The notes under the pieces: model-generated
Databases searched by the model: none
Told to the model about the DNA's origin: nothing
The model's input: the letters and a program-made list of their open reading frames with translations, nothing else
Position numbers and translations under genes: made by a program
Assembly (NCBI GenBank): GCA_965222155.1
Contig: CBDCTH010000012.1
Span: 224,001 to 288,000 of the forward strand
Reading direction: 5' to 3'
Origin: Gammaproteobacteria bacterium
GTDB taxonomy: Bacteria; Pseudomonadota; Gammaproteobacteria; Eutrophobiales; Eutrophobiaceae
DNA length: 64,000 nt
Shown here: one piece after another, positions 49,852-59,578 of the stretch
How positions within the stretch are numbered: the stretch's first letter is position 1
Layout: each line of letters begins with the position of its first letter

Positions 49852-52144
49852 GCCAGACCCTGGGGGGAGCCGGATGCAGGAACAACGGCGTCACCACTTC
49901 GGAGTTGTATTCTTCATCCGTGAGGTTATTGATATAGGTCGCCAGCGTCCATTTATCGCCTCTCATTCCGAAACGCAGGTTGACCAGGTCCAGGGGCGAC
50001 CTCGGATGCGTGTTTTCCGGTGTCCAGAACTGCTTGCCGCGGCGTTCGTAGTCTACCCTGGCAAACAGCGCGGCTCCGTCGAACACGTTGAACTCGACGT
50101 GTGCGCCGGCATTGATGGTGTATTCGGCGATGTACGGTAACTCATTGCCTACCGTCGCAGGCCTTTCCTCATATTCGATAATTTCTCCGTCAGTCTGGCC
50201 GTAGGCCGCATAGACGTCAATATTATCAGAAACCCGCCAGACTCCCTCTATCTCAAACCCATCCAGTTCCCCTTCATCGATGTCTTCAAAAACCTGTACG
50301 AACGCCAGGCCGTCAAAGGGAAAATACTGGGTGTTGTCGACCGTAGAATTGAAATAGGCCAGATTCAGACTGAAAGGCCCGTAGTTCATTTTTGCTCCCA
50401 GTTCCCAGGCGGTATTATCTTCCTGCTCGATAAACTCCTTGGCCGTAGCGCTTATCACCCCGATACCGGGATAATTGAACTGGCCGGCCCGGTAGCCGAT
50501 ACCCCAGCTACCGTAGAGATTGATCTCGTCCGACACCTGATAGCGCAGGGTAATCTTGGGTTGAAATTTGCTGTAGGTCTGCTCACTGACCTCGGTTGAG
50601 CGCCGGGTGTACATCAGCAGTTCATCAAACGTTGCGTAAGCACCGCAGTTGACTGCCTGCATGGGAAAGTTGATGGCGTCACAGCCCACCGCCCCGTAAG
50701 GATGGTTCACTCCGGACCCATCAGCCTGCCGGTACACCCGCCCGGCGGTGTTATAAGGGTTCACGTTCTGTTCCCGGGTCTCCTCGTCATAACGGGCTGC
50801 CAGGGATAAGGTCAGCCGCTCCATCACGTCCCAGTCGATGCTGCCGAATACCGCCCAGGCATAACTGTCTTCCAGGAAGGACAGAAAAGCGCCCGGGGCG
50901 ACCCCGCTGGGGTTGGTGCTGTTTTCGAATGCGGGCACGACCGTAGGACGCAGAATACCCTGTCCCTTATCCTCCCCCGTTACGGTAGTGCGCAGGCGCT
51001 CCCAGGACAGGTAATAGGCGCCCGCCTGCCAGCGCAGAGGGCCGTCCGACTTGGAAGTCAGCCGCAATTCCTGGCTCCAGCCGTCGACGTCCACGTAGGT
51101 ATGCTGAGTGCCGTCCAGGATCGATAAATAAGGCCCCTGGTCGGCTACCGAAGAGGTTTCCAGTTCATCATAGGTGGTCACAGACTTGAAATCGGCAAAG
51201 CCCAGGTCATAGTTCAGCTTGACGGAAAAACCGACAGTTTCGCGCCGGCCGCGGTCGGGATTGTTTGCCACGTAGGGAAGTCCTGTCAAATTGGCGCCTT
51301 TTGCGTTGATTTCGTCCGTCGTCACGCCCAGTTCAGCCGCAGTGCCTACAAAAAACCCGAATACCTCGAAGTTTGCCGCGCCGGGCCAATGGAAACCGAT
51401 ACCCTTGCCCTTGTGCTTGGAATACTGAACCTTGAAATCTACGTCAAGGGCAGCAGTGGGCGTCCAGGTGACGCGGCCACGCAGAGTCCTGTCATTGTAG
51501 GGGTTTGTCTCATCATCCAAGGTGACGTTCCTGAAATAGCCGTCCCGCTCCAGCATGCGTCCGGACAGGCGCACTGCCAGCGTATCCGTAACAGGGCCGC
51601 TGAAAGACCCTTCAATGGCAATCTCGTCCGCCTCGCCGTAACTCGCCTTGATATGACCTTCCGGTTCCTCGCTTGGGGCCTTGGTGGTGATGATGATGGC
51701 CCCATTGGAAGCATTGCGGCCATACAGCGCTCCCTGCGGACCTTTCACCACTTCAATCTGCTCGGTATCGAACACCTGGCCGATAAACTGGCGGGCATTG
51801 ACTACCAGAACATCATCCACCACGACGGCAACCGGCAACTCGCCGTTGCGCACCCGGCTGAGGCCGCGCACCGTGAGAAAGGACGTGCCGATGGTCTGTG
51901 ATTCGGCCAGGGTGACATTAGGGGTGAGCTGGATGAAATCGGCCGTCTGGGTGATCCCCGCTTCTTCAATCTGCTCTGCGGTAAAGGCGCTCACCGTGAT
52001 CGGGGCATCCTGTATATTCTCTCTTACCTTACGAGCGGTAACGATGATTTCCTCCAGGACGGACTGTGCGGATACGGGTTGCCAGAGCCCCGTTAACACA
52101 ATAACGGAAATGCCGCATACGATTGACAGTTTGCAACTCTTCAT
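49826..52144 (-). CDS. TonB-dependent receptor
   Basis: Signal peptide, LEEIIVTARKVRENIQD, EVVKGPQGALYGRNA, terminal YRYDF. Confidence 0.95.
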   Translation of the reverse strand: MKSCKLSIVCGISVIVLTGLWQPVSAQSVLEEIIVTARKVRENIQDAPITVSAFTAEQIEEAGITQTADFIQLTPNVTLAESQTIGTSFLTVRGLSRVRNGELPVAVVVDDVLVVNARQFIGQVFDTEQIEVVKGPQGALYGRNASNGAIIITTKAPSEEPEGHIKASYGEADEIAIEGSFSGPVTDTLAVRLSGRMLERDGYFRNVTLDDETNPYNDRTLRGRVTWTPTAALDVDFKVQYSKHKGKGIGFHWPGAANFEVFGFFVGTAAELGVTTDEINAKGANLTGLPYVANNPDRGRRETVGFSVKLNYDLGFADFKSVTTYDELETSSVADQGPYLSILDGTQHTYVDVDGWSQELRLTSKSDGPLRWQAGAYYLSWERLRTTVTGEDKGQGILRPTVVPAFENSTNPSGVAPGAFLSFLEDSYAWAVFGSIDWDVMERLTLSLAARYDEETREQNVNPYNTAGRVYRQADGSGVNHPYGAVGCDAINFPMQAVNCGAYATFDELLMYTRRSTEVSEQTYSKFQPKITLRYQVSDEINLYGSWGIGYRAGQFNYPGIGVISATAKEFIEQEDNTAWELGAKMNYGPFSLNLAYFNSTVDNTQYFPFDGLAFVQVFEDIDEGELDGFEIEGVWRVSDNIDVYAAYGQTDGEIIEYEERPATVGNELPYIAEYTINAGAHVEFNVFDGAALFARVDYERRGKQFWTPENTHPRSPLDLVNLRFGMRGDKWTLATYINNLTDEEYNSEVVTPLFLHPAPPRVWRVEYRYDF

Positions 52145-52269
52145 AAGAATTCCCCTAAAGTGAACATAGACAAACCCAAGATAGACCACATGGTGACACC
52201 GCTTCAAATACGCAAAAGAGTAGTTCAGTATCTGTCCGGTTATCTCGCTCAACAGTTTTAGCTACCCGT

Positions 52270-53958
52270 TCAGGTAGGGCTGCGCCCGTCGGCCTGTGGA
52301 TAGAAGCGCGCCGCCTGTTCAGGGGTGACAAAACCATTTCTCAAATCGTCGCGAACCTTATCCGCTGGACGTTCTGCAGGGTTACCGAAGCCGCCTCCCG
52401 TCGCTGAATACAGCCGGGCCACTTCATTCTCTCTCACCGCAAGGGCTGTCGCCATGCTGTGGCGCTCAACCGAACCGTCTGTCCGCAGGATTTCGGCATA
52501 GTTGAGGCTGCCTTCCCGCCCGCCCTGCAGACCCCAGGGCCGGGACCGGGTGCGTGAAAAAGCAATCGTCAGAAAAGCGTCACCGTGGGTGACCCGGTAA
52601 TCCAACACAACGCCCTTGCCTCCACGGAGTTTCCCTTCACCGCCCGGTTCGGTATGGAAAGCGTACTGATCCACTTGCAGACCATAACGCGCTTCGGTCA
52701 ATTCGACCGGTATGTTGAAGGTCTCTCCGTTGCCGCAGCAGAACATGCCGTTGATACCGTCCGCATCGGGCGCGGCGCCCCAGCCGCCCATTAACGGTTC
52801 ACCCAAAATGTAAAGTTCCCCCGTATCCGGATGACGCCCCGAAATAAAGGTGCTGCCGACAGTGCGTTTATGACCTGCAGGCAGGTGGTTCGGCGCGATG
52901 GGCGCCAGTGCTTTCCAGACGACGTCTATGGCGGCGATCAGCGACTCGAAATACAGTGACACCGGCGCCGGCGATTCGGCGGTAAGCAGGGTGCCGGGTG
53001 GGCAGATGATCTCCAGAGGACGAAACGCGCCGCCATTGGCAGGGATGTCCGGATTGGTGACCGCCTTGAAGACACAGCGCACGCCGGTGAGCAGTCCCGC
53101 ATGGGAGCAGTTGATCGGCCCAGGCGCCTGCGCCGATGTGCCGCTGAAATCTGCGATGAAGCGGCCGCCTTTCAGAGTGACGGCAACCTTTATGGTAAAC
53201 GGCCCGTTGCCGAGTCCGTCTTCCTCGATGACGTCTTCCGCCGTATACTCACCCTCAGGCAATTTAAGCAATTCCAGGCGCGTCATGCGCTCACCGTAGT
53301 CCAACAGTTCTTCCATCGCGGCCAGTACCGCGACCTGGCCGTATTTGCCGATCAGGTTTTCGATGCGGCGCGCGCCGACCCGGGCTGCGGCGACGCCGGC
53401 ATGCATATCGCCCAGAGTGTCGTCCGGGAGCCGGACGTTTTCCCTGATCAGTTCGACCAGGGAAACATTGATCTCTCCCGCTTCATACAGTTTCAGGAAC
53501 CGGAAATGCAGTCCCTCCTGGAATATCTCGGTGGAACGGGTGGTCAGACTGCCGGTATCCATACCACCAATCTCTGTCCAGTGGGCCTTGTTGACGGTGA
53601 ACGCGACAATGCAGCCGTCATAAAAGACCGGCAATATTGTGACCACGTCAGGCAGATGGGTGCCGCCGCCCTGGTACGGGCTGTTGGTCAGAATGATATC
53701 TCCGGGGTGCAGGCCCGCGCCGCCGTCATAATGTTCAAGCGCGCCCCTGACTGCGCTGTCGAGAGAACCGAGAAAGGCCGTTACCCCGTTACCCTGGGCC
53801 AGAAGGTTACCCTGCGCATCTGTGGCGCCCACGGCATAATCCAGGGCCTCGTATATGATCGGACTCATGGAAGTACGTCGTAACGCCTCGAACATTTCAT
53901 CACCGACTGCCTGCAGGGTATCCTGGATGATGCTGGAGGTAAATTTGTCAATCGCCAT
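52270..53958 (-). CDS. hyuB: Hydantoinase/oxoprolinase subunit B (copy 2)
   Basis: SPIIYEALDY, THLPDV, AHWTEIGG, FQEGL, GGGFGNP. Confidence 0.92.
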   Translation of the reverse strand: MAIDKFTSSIIQDTLQAVGDEMFEALRRTSMSPIIYEALDYAVGATDAQGNLLAQGNGVTAFLGSLDSAVRGALEHYDGGAGLHPGDIILTNSPYQGGGTHLPDVVTILPVFYDGCIVAFTVNKAHWTEIGGMDTGSLTTRSTEIFQEGLHFRFLKLYEAGEINVSLVELIRENVRLPDDTLGDMHAGVAAARVGARRIENLIGKYGQVAVLAAMEELLDYGERMTRLELLKLPEGEYTAEDVIEEDGLGNGPFTIKVAVTLKGGRFIADFSGTSAQAPGPINCSHAGLLTGVRCVFKAVTNPDIPANGGAFRPLEIICPPGTLLTAESPAPVSLYFESLIAAIDVVWKALAPIAPNHLPAGHKRTVGSTFISGRHPDTGELYILGEPLMGGWGAAPDADGINGMFCCGNGETFNIPVELTEARYGLQVDQYAFHTEPGGEGKLRGGKGVVLDYRVTHGDAFLTIAFSRTRSRPWGLQGGREGSLNYAEILRTDGSVERHSMATALAVRENEVARLYSATGGGFGNPAERPADKVRDDLRNGFVTPEQAARFYPQADGRSPT

Positions 53959-54131
53959 ACTTTAAAAATAACGGACATTATTAACTGCTGCAAGCTACCC
54001 GCAGGAGTAGGTCAAACGCATGATATGTGCCTGTCACGGGTAGCGGGTAAAGCCGTGCCACTCTTTCAGGTAGCTTGCGCCGCTCCGGTATCTCTGGATA
54101 ACTGCCGGCATCAATCCAGGAGCAGGCAATC

Positions 54132-54974
54132 ATGCCCAACGATATGAATATAAAGGTGATGTACCTGAACCCGATAGGCAGCAGTGCCTACGACCGGATT
54201 TTTGCGGACATGATCCGGCAATACAAATATCCCGCGACGTGCGCGGACGTCGCCTCGATGGACCCGGCCAGCGTCCCACCCGGCATGAATAATCTGGAAT
54301 ACCGCAGCTATGAATCCTTCATCGTCAACGCTACGGTGAAGGCGGCGCGTTATGCGTCGGAACATGGCTATGACGCCATGGTGATAGGCTGTTTCTACGA
54401 CCCCGCTCTGCATGACGCCCGCGAGATCTCAGGCAACACCATCATCGTCGCACCCTGCCAGGCATCCATCGTCACGGCCTTGACCATTGCCAACAATTTC
54501 TCAATCATCACAGGAAAGACAAAATGGGAAACCCAGATGCGTCAAACCGTTTATGAATACGGATACAAGGACAAGCTGGCCTCCTTCCAGCCCGTTGACC
54601 TGCGGGTTGATGAATTTCACAAAGACCCGGACCAGACGCGCAAACGACTGCAAGCCGCCGCCGTGGAAGCAGTGCAGGTTCACAAGGCAGAATCCATCAT
54701 ACTTGGTTGTACCCTGGAAACCGGTTTTTACAGGGAACTTCAGGATTACCTGAACGGTCGAGAAGCATTTCCGGACGCAGGTATACCGGTTATCGACCCG
54801 TCGATTGCAGCCTTCAAGGCAGCGGAGAACGCGGCGTTATTGAAACAATATGGCTGGAAAAACAGCAGGTACGGGGGAATGCAGCCACCACCTGAAGATG
54901 AGTTGATGGCATTCAACCTGTTCCAGGAAGATTATAAATTCGGGAACGTCATCCACGTGCCGGCTACGGATTAG
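54132..54974 (+). CDS. Asp/Glu/hydantoin racemase family protein
   Basis: LNP, IGCFYDPAL, ILGCT, PVIDP. Confidence 0.88.
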   Translation: MPNDMNIKVMYLNPIGSSAYDRIFADMIRQYKYPATCADVASMDPASVPPGMNNLEYRSYESFIVNATVKAARYASEHGYDAMVIGCFYDPALHDAREISGNTIIVAPCQASIVTALTIANNFSIITGKTKWETQMRQTVYEYGYKDKLASFQPVDLRVDEFHKDPDQTRKRLQAAAVEAVQVHKAESIILGCTLETGFYRELQDYLNGREAFPDAGIPVIDPSIAAFKAAENAALLKQYGWKNSRYGGMQPPPEDELMAFNLFQEDYKFGNVIHVPATD

Positions 54975-54988
54975 CCATCAATATTTGA

Positions 54989-55059
54989 GGTCAGAGTAAA
55001 AATTCCAGCGCTTATTGGGATCACGCTCTACAATTCACCGGAACTTTTACTCTGATCCC
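54989..55059. repeat. Inverted repeat GGTCAGAGTAAAA...TTTTACTCTGATCC
   Basis: 13-14-bp arms between the racemase and Fic genes. Confidence 0.65.
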
Positions 55060-55161
55060 CTATATCTCGATATAATAGCGCAATATAAACTATTAATAAG
55101 TTGCGCATAACTGCGCAATATTGCATAATACCAGACAGAATCCATGCCAGGGGTCGGCTAA

Positions 55162-56289
55162 ATGTTGTCATTTACACCATGTAGCAGAATCGAGAAACAA
55201 CTTAAAACACTTCAAGGTTTACTGGTTGAAGCATACCGGAGCCTTGAAACAGCCACGACTGAAGAAAAAGACTTCCTGAAGAAATGTGCCTTGATAAGTA
55301 ATGTGGGGGCTACGACTCGGATCGAGAATGCAGTACTGACCGACGTGGAAATTGAGTGGGTGGATACAATATTATCGAAAGATGGTAAAACTACAGCCTA
55401 CCAGGAAAAAAAGGATTTCATAATTGACAAACTTTCAAAGAGCAGGGAAAGGAGTATTGAAGAAGTAATAGGCAGCCGAAGTGTGCTGACTACCATATAT
55501 CTTCAGGCCGAAGAGTTTAAACCGTTGACCCAGACCATAGTCCGGGGACTCCACCAGGAATTGCTCAAACATTATCCCCCCGCAGAGTATTTTGCAGGGA
55601 CCTATAAAACCGTAACAAATAAGGTTATCTCAAGAAACAATAAAACCGGCGAAGAACATACTGTCCTGGAACCCACCGACCCTGGGGTAATGACTGAGAC
55701 AGCTATGCGGGAACTGGTCGATTGGTATAACAAGACAATCGATACCTACCATTGGCCGATACTCGTGGCTATAGAGTTCACCTTTCGCTTTTTAGCAATA
55801 CACCCCTTCCAGGATGGAAACGGTCGGCTGGGCAGAGCCTTGTTCCTGTTGATACTTTTGCAGTCAGGCGATAAATACCTGGAAGAAATCGCATCTTATG
55901 TTGCGATTGACAGAAAAATTGAGCAGAACAAAAGCCAATATTACACTGTATTACATCAGTGCTCTGATGGTAAGTTCAGACCGGACGCAAAGTTGTACAA
56001 ATTCGATATTGTAGTGAGTTTCTTCCTGAAAATTTTTGAATCGGTACTGGCCGATATCGATATCTATCGAAAAAAATACGAAAATCTCCAGTTACTTTCT
56101 GAAGCAGCCGTTAAAGTCCTGGAGTGGTTTAAATCAAATCCGGAAAAAAGACTGAAAGTTGCCGACATTGAAAAAACGACCGAACTACCCAGACGCACAA
56201 TACAGTTTGCATTGAAAACCCTGACGGAAAAGACCTTTTTACAAAGGTTGGGTAAAGGCGCAGGAAGTAGATACCAGTTGATGTTTTAA
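55162..56289 (+). CDS. Fic family protein with C-terminal HTH
   Basis: HPFQDGNGRLGR motif; TTRIENA; lower GC. Confidence 0.93.
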   Translation: MLSFTPCSRIEKQLKTLQGLLVEAYRSLETATTEEKDFLKKCALISNVGATTRIENAVLTDVEIEWVDTILSKDGKTTAYQEKKDFIIDKLSKSRERSIEEVIGSRSVLTTIYLQAEEFKPLTQTIVRGLHQELLKHYPPAEYFAGTYKTVTNKVISRNNKTGEEHTVLEPTDPGVMTETAMRELVDWYNKTIDTYHWPILVAIEFTFRFLAIHPFQDGNGRLGRALFLLILLQSGDKYLEEIASYVAIDRKIEQNKSQYYTVLHQCSDGKFRPDAKLYKFDIVVSFFLKIFESVLADIDIYRKKYENLQLLSEAAVKVLEWFKSNPEKRLKVADIEKTTELPRRTIQFALKTLTEKTFLQRLGKGAGSRYQLMF

Positions 56290-56311
56290 TCCTTTAGTCT
56301 CATTGGCTGAA

Positions 56312-56579
56312 TCAAAACTGCTCTGCATCCAGGGCGCGTTTGATGATTGACTGGTTGACGTCGGTATCGGACAGTTCAGCTATCGTTTGGTTGATCTCGC
56401 CGATGAGTTCCCCGATAGCCTTGCCGTTGTCCCTGATGATCTTGCGGCCGACCAGGTCCTGTGCCTGGATGCTGCTGGTCCCTTCATAAATCGTCGTTAT
56501 CCGCGCATCCCGGAAGTGCTGCGCGGCGCCGGTTTCCTCGATATAGCCCATGCCGCCGTGTACCTGTATGCCCAGGGAA
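56312..56579 (-). pseudogene. Duplicated, internally deleted 3' fragment of the acyl-CoA dehydrogenase
   Basis: Near-identical to 57659-57682 joined to 57980-58223. Confidence 0.85.
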
Positions 56580-56909
56580 AGGATTACACCTTGCCGGAGT
56601 CGTCCGACAACTGAGCGTTGTCTGAACATCCGTGCCGGACTTTAAAAATCCATGGCGAACTGACTATAATCGACAAGCGCTTAGCACACGAGGTAGCGAC
56701 GTTAAGTCGATTCAGACTATACAAAAACTCCATTCCCCGAGGCGCATCTGCATGGCTTGACGCTCAATTGAATAGATCGCAATCGGCGCTTCCTGACCCT
56801 GGAATTTACCTACCGTACCCACCCTCGCTTCCGGGGGACGTTGTTGAATCTCAAAAACTTGCGCGTTATCCTGAGTCAAACGAAACCCTAGGTTGTTGAA
56901 GAGGCCGGG

Positions 56910-57335
56910 TTACAACAGCTTGACCAGCGCAACAATCAGCCCGCCTTGGGCAATCAGCGCAGCAAACATCCATTTCAGCAGGTCGGATTTGACGGTGGCG
57001 ATATAGACCTGAATTTCCTGTCGTAAAATCTCAATATCCTTCCGGGTAGCCATCTCCTTTTGCATAGCCACAATCTCCTTCCGTACATCCACCATCTCCT
57101 TCTGTAAAGCAGCTACATCCTTCTGTAAAGAGGCTATGTCTTTGTGTATAGAGGCTACATCCTTCTGGGTAGCCATTTCCTTCTGTATGGTGGCTATATC
57201 GGCCTTCGTAGCGAGATTACTGTTGAGCAGGCTGACATGCTCATTAGCCAAGGCCTCGGCTTGTTTTTCGGTAAAGCCGCTTTGTGTCAGGTGCTTGACG
57301 AATTTATGGGTATCAAATGCGATGGCTTCGCTCAT
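56910..57335 (-). CDS. DUF1640/CCDC90-like coiled-coil protein with C-terminal TM
   Basis: FDTHKFVKHL..GFTEKQAEAL, LATKADI, 7-aa repeats, DLLKWM..LIVALVKLL. Confidence 0.88.
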   Translation of the reverse strand: MSEAIAFDTHKFVKHLTQSGFTEKQAEALANEHVSLLNSNLATKADIATIQKEMATQKDVASIHKDIASLQKDVAALQKEMVDVRKEIVAMQKEMATRKDIEILRQEIQVYIATVKSDLLKWMFAALIAQGGLIVALVKLL

Positions 57336-57658
57336 TAGGATGATTGTAGCTGGCAACCTCGCCGAATGCAATACCTGTGTTGAGAACACATAAACTGTCC
57401 GCATCTGTGTTAGGAACAAATAAAATGTTCGCTGTTGTAACACCTGGCTGCAGCAGGCAGGGGCAGGCGGTGCCACGATGGTTGGAACGTGACGCATCAC
57501 TATGCCTGGTATCGGCATGACGATAACCTGGATTCTAAGGTATGCGTTCGCCCTGACAATTGGGTGAAGTACACGTTACAGGCGGCGGGCGCCTGTGCGT
57601 TCGTCCCGGTGAAATCCGCGAGCATTATACGGGAATTGAATGTCCCCCGCTTTCAGTG

Positions 57659-59428
57659 TCAAAACTGCTCTGCATCCAGGGCCATGATTGACTCACTGCC
57701 TGCCTCGATGGTTGAGAAATATCCGCTGGTCCTGGGCAGGTAATGTTCGGCATAGAACCTTGCCGTTACGATTTTACCCCGATAAAAATCCTCACTTGAG
57801 GAAGCGGATTTTTCAGCCGCAATCAGCGCCGCCCGGGCCATTTGCCAGCCGCCGCAAACGTAACCCATGAGCATGAGAAAATTGAGCGCAATGGAACCCG
57901 GCGCATCGGGATCATCCCGGTAGTTCTGCAGTAACCAGTCCGTTGCCTGCGCCAGTTTTCCGGTCGCAGCGTCCAGGGCGTGTTTGATGGTCTTCTGGTT
58001 GACGTCGGTATCGGACAGTTCAGCTATCGTTTGGTTGATCTCGTCGATGAGTTCCCCGATAGCCTTGCCGTTGTCCCTGATGACCTTGCGGCCGACCAGG
58101 TCCTGGGCCTGGATGCCGCTGGTCCCTTCATAAATCGTCGTTATCCGCGCATCCCGGAAGTGCTGCGCGGCGCCGGTTTCCTCGATATAGCCCATGCCGC
58201 CGTGTACCTGTATGCCCAGGGAAGTGATGTCCTGGGCCAGCTCGGTGCACCAGGCCTTGATTACCGGGGTCAGCAGGGCAAATCTGTCACTGTGGTTGCC
58301 GGCGTTCGCAGAACGGTTTGTGTAATCGAGTGAGGCTGCGGTGACGTAGGCGACCGCGCGCATCGCCTCACAACCGGATTTCATCAGCATCAGCATGCGC
58401 CGCACGTCCGCGTGTTGTATGATCCTGGCGCGCCCGGGTTGCCCCGGAACCTTTCCCTGCTCACGCTCTTTCGCATAGTCCAATGCCTGTTGATAGGCGC
58501 GCTCGCTGATACTGAGGCCCTGGATGCCGACTGCCAGGCGAGCGTGGTTCATCATGGTGAACATGCAGGCTATGCCGTCATGCTTTGCGCCTACCAGGTA
58601 TCCGGCAGCGCCACTGTTATCACCATAGCTCATGACGCAGGTCGGACTGCTGTGGATACCCAGTTTATGCTCGATGGAAACCGGGTAGACGTCGTTGCGA
58701 CCGCCGGTTGAACCGTCTGCGTTGACCAGGTACTTGGGCACCAGGAACAGGCTGATACCCCTAATTCCCGGCGGTGCGTCGGGCAGACGGGCCAGAACCA
58801 GATGGAGGATGTTGTCCGTGAAGTTATGGTCTCCCCAGGTGATAAAGATTTTCCGGCCGGATAACAGGTAAGTATCGCCATTGGGGACAGCCCTGGTTTT
58901 TATCTCGGCCAAATCGGAGCCTGCCTGCGGTTCCGTCAGGTTCATGGTCCCGGCCCATTCTCCCGAAACCAGCTTCGGCAGGAAAATTGCCTTAAGATCA
59001 TGAGAACCATGTATACCAAGAGCGACTGCGCAGCCTTCCGTCAGCATGGGACACAAGGCAAAAGCCATGTTGGCGGATTGCCAGATTTCATTGGCCGCCG
59101 CCGCCACCAGTTCCGGCAATCCCTGTCCCCCGAATTCAGGCTCGAATGGCAGTGCCGGCCAGCCGCCTTCCACAAACGCCTGGTAGGCGTCACTGAACCC
59201 TTGTGGGGGGATGACCTTGGCGTCTTTAAAGTCGGCGCCGGCGATGTCTCCGGACCGATTAAGCGGCGCAAGCATTGCACCGGCGAATTTTGCCGCTTCC
59301 TCCAGTACCGCGTCCACGGTATCTTCCGTTGCATCTTCAAGCCCCGGCAGTTGATTGACGGCAGGCAGTCCTGCCAGTTCATTAAGTACAAAGCGCATAT
59401 CGCGGATGGGGGCAGCGTAATTATTCAT
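57659..59428 (-). CDS. Acyl-CoA dehydrogenase (DmdC-like)
   Basis: [53 protein letters not shown]. Confidence 0.93.
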   Translation of the reverse strand: MNNYAAPIRDMRFVLNELAGLPAVNQLPGLEDATEDTVDAVLEEAAKFAGAMLAPLNRSGDIAGADFKDAKVIPPQGFSDAYQAFVEGGWPALPFEPEFGGQGLPELVAAAANEIWQSANMAFALCPMLTEGCAVALGIHGSHDLKAIFLPKLVSGEWAGTMNLTEPQAGSDLAEIKTRAVPNGDTYLLSGRKIFITWGDHNFTDNILHLVLARLPDAPPGIRGISLFLVPKYLVNADGSTGGRNDVYPVSIEHKLGIHSSPTCVMSYGDNSGAAGYLVGAKHDGIACMFTMMNHARLAVGIQGLSISERAYQQALDYAKEREQGKVPGQPGRARIIQHADVRRMLMLMKSGCEAMRAVAYVTAASLDYTNRSANAGNHSDRFALLTPVIKAWCTELAQDITSLGIQVHGGMGYIEETGAAQHFRDARITTIYEGTSGIQAQDLVGRKVIRDNGKAIGELIDEINQTIAELSDTDVNQKTIKHALDAATGKLAQATDWLLQNYRDDPDAPGSIALNFLMLMGYVCGGWQMARAALIAAEKSASSSEDFYRGKIVTARFYAEHYLPRTSGYFSTIEAGSESIMALDAEQF

Positions 59429-59578
59429 TATTTAATACTTCCGGTTAACTGATTAAAACTGTTACTGATAATTAACGGAACGATCCCGGATATCAGTAAT
59501 CCCAGGTGCAGAGACGCGTCATCGTAATAGCGTGTCCCTATTGTAACAACGGGTACAACTCCTGGTGAAAAATGCCAG

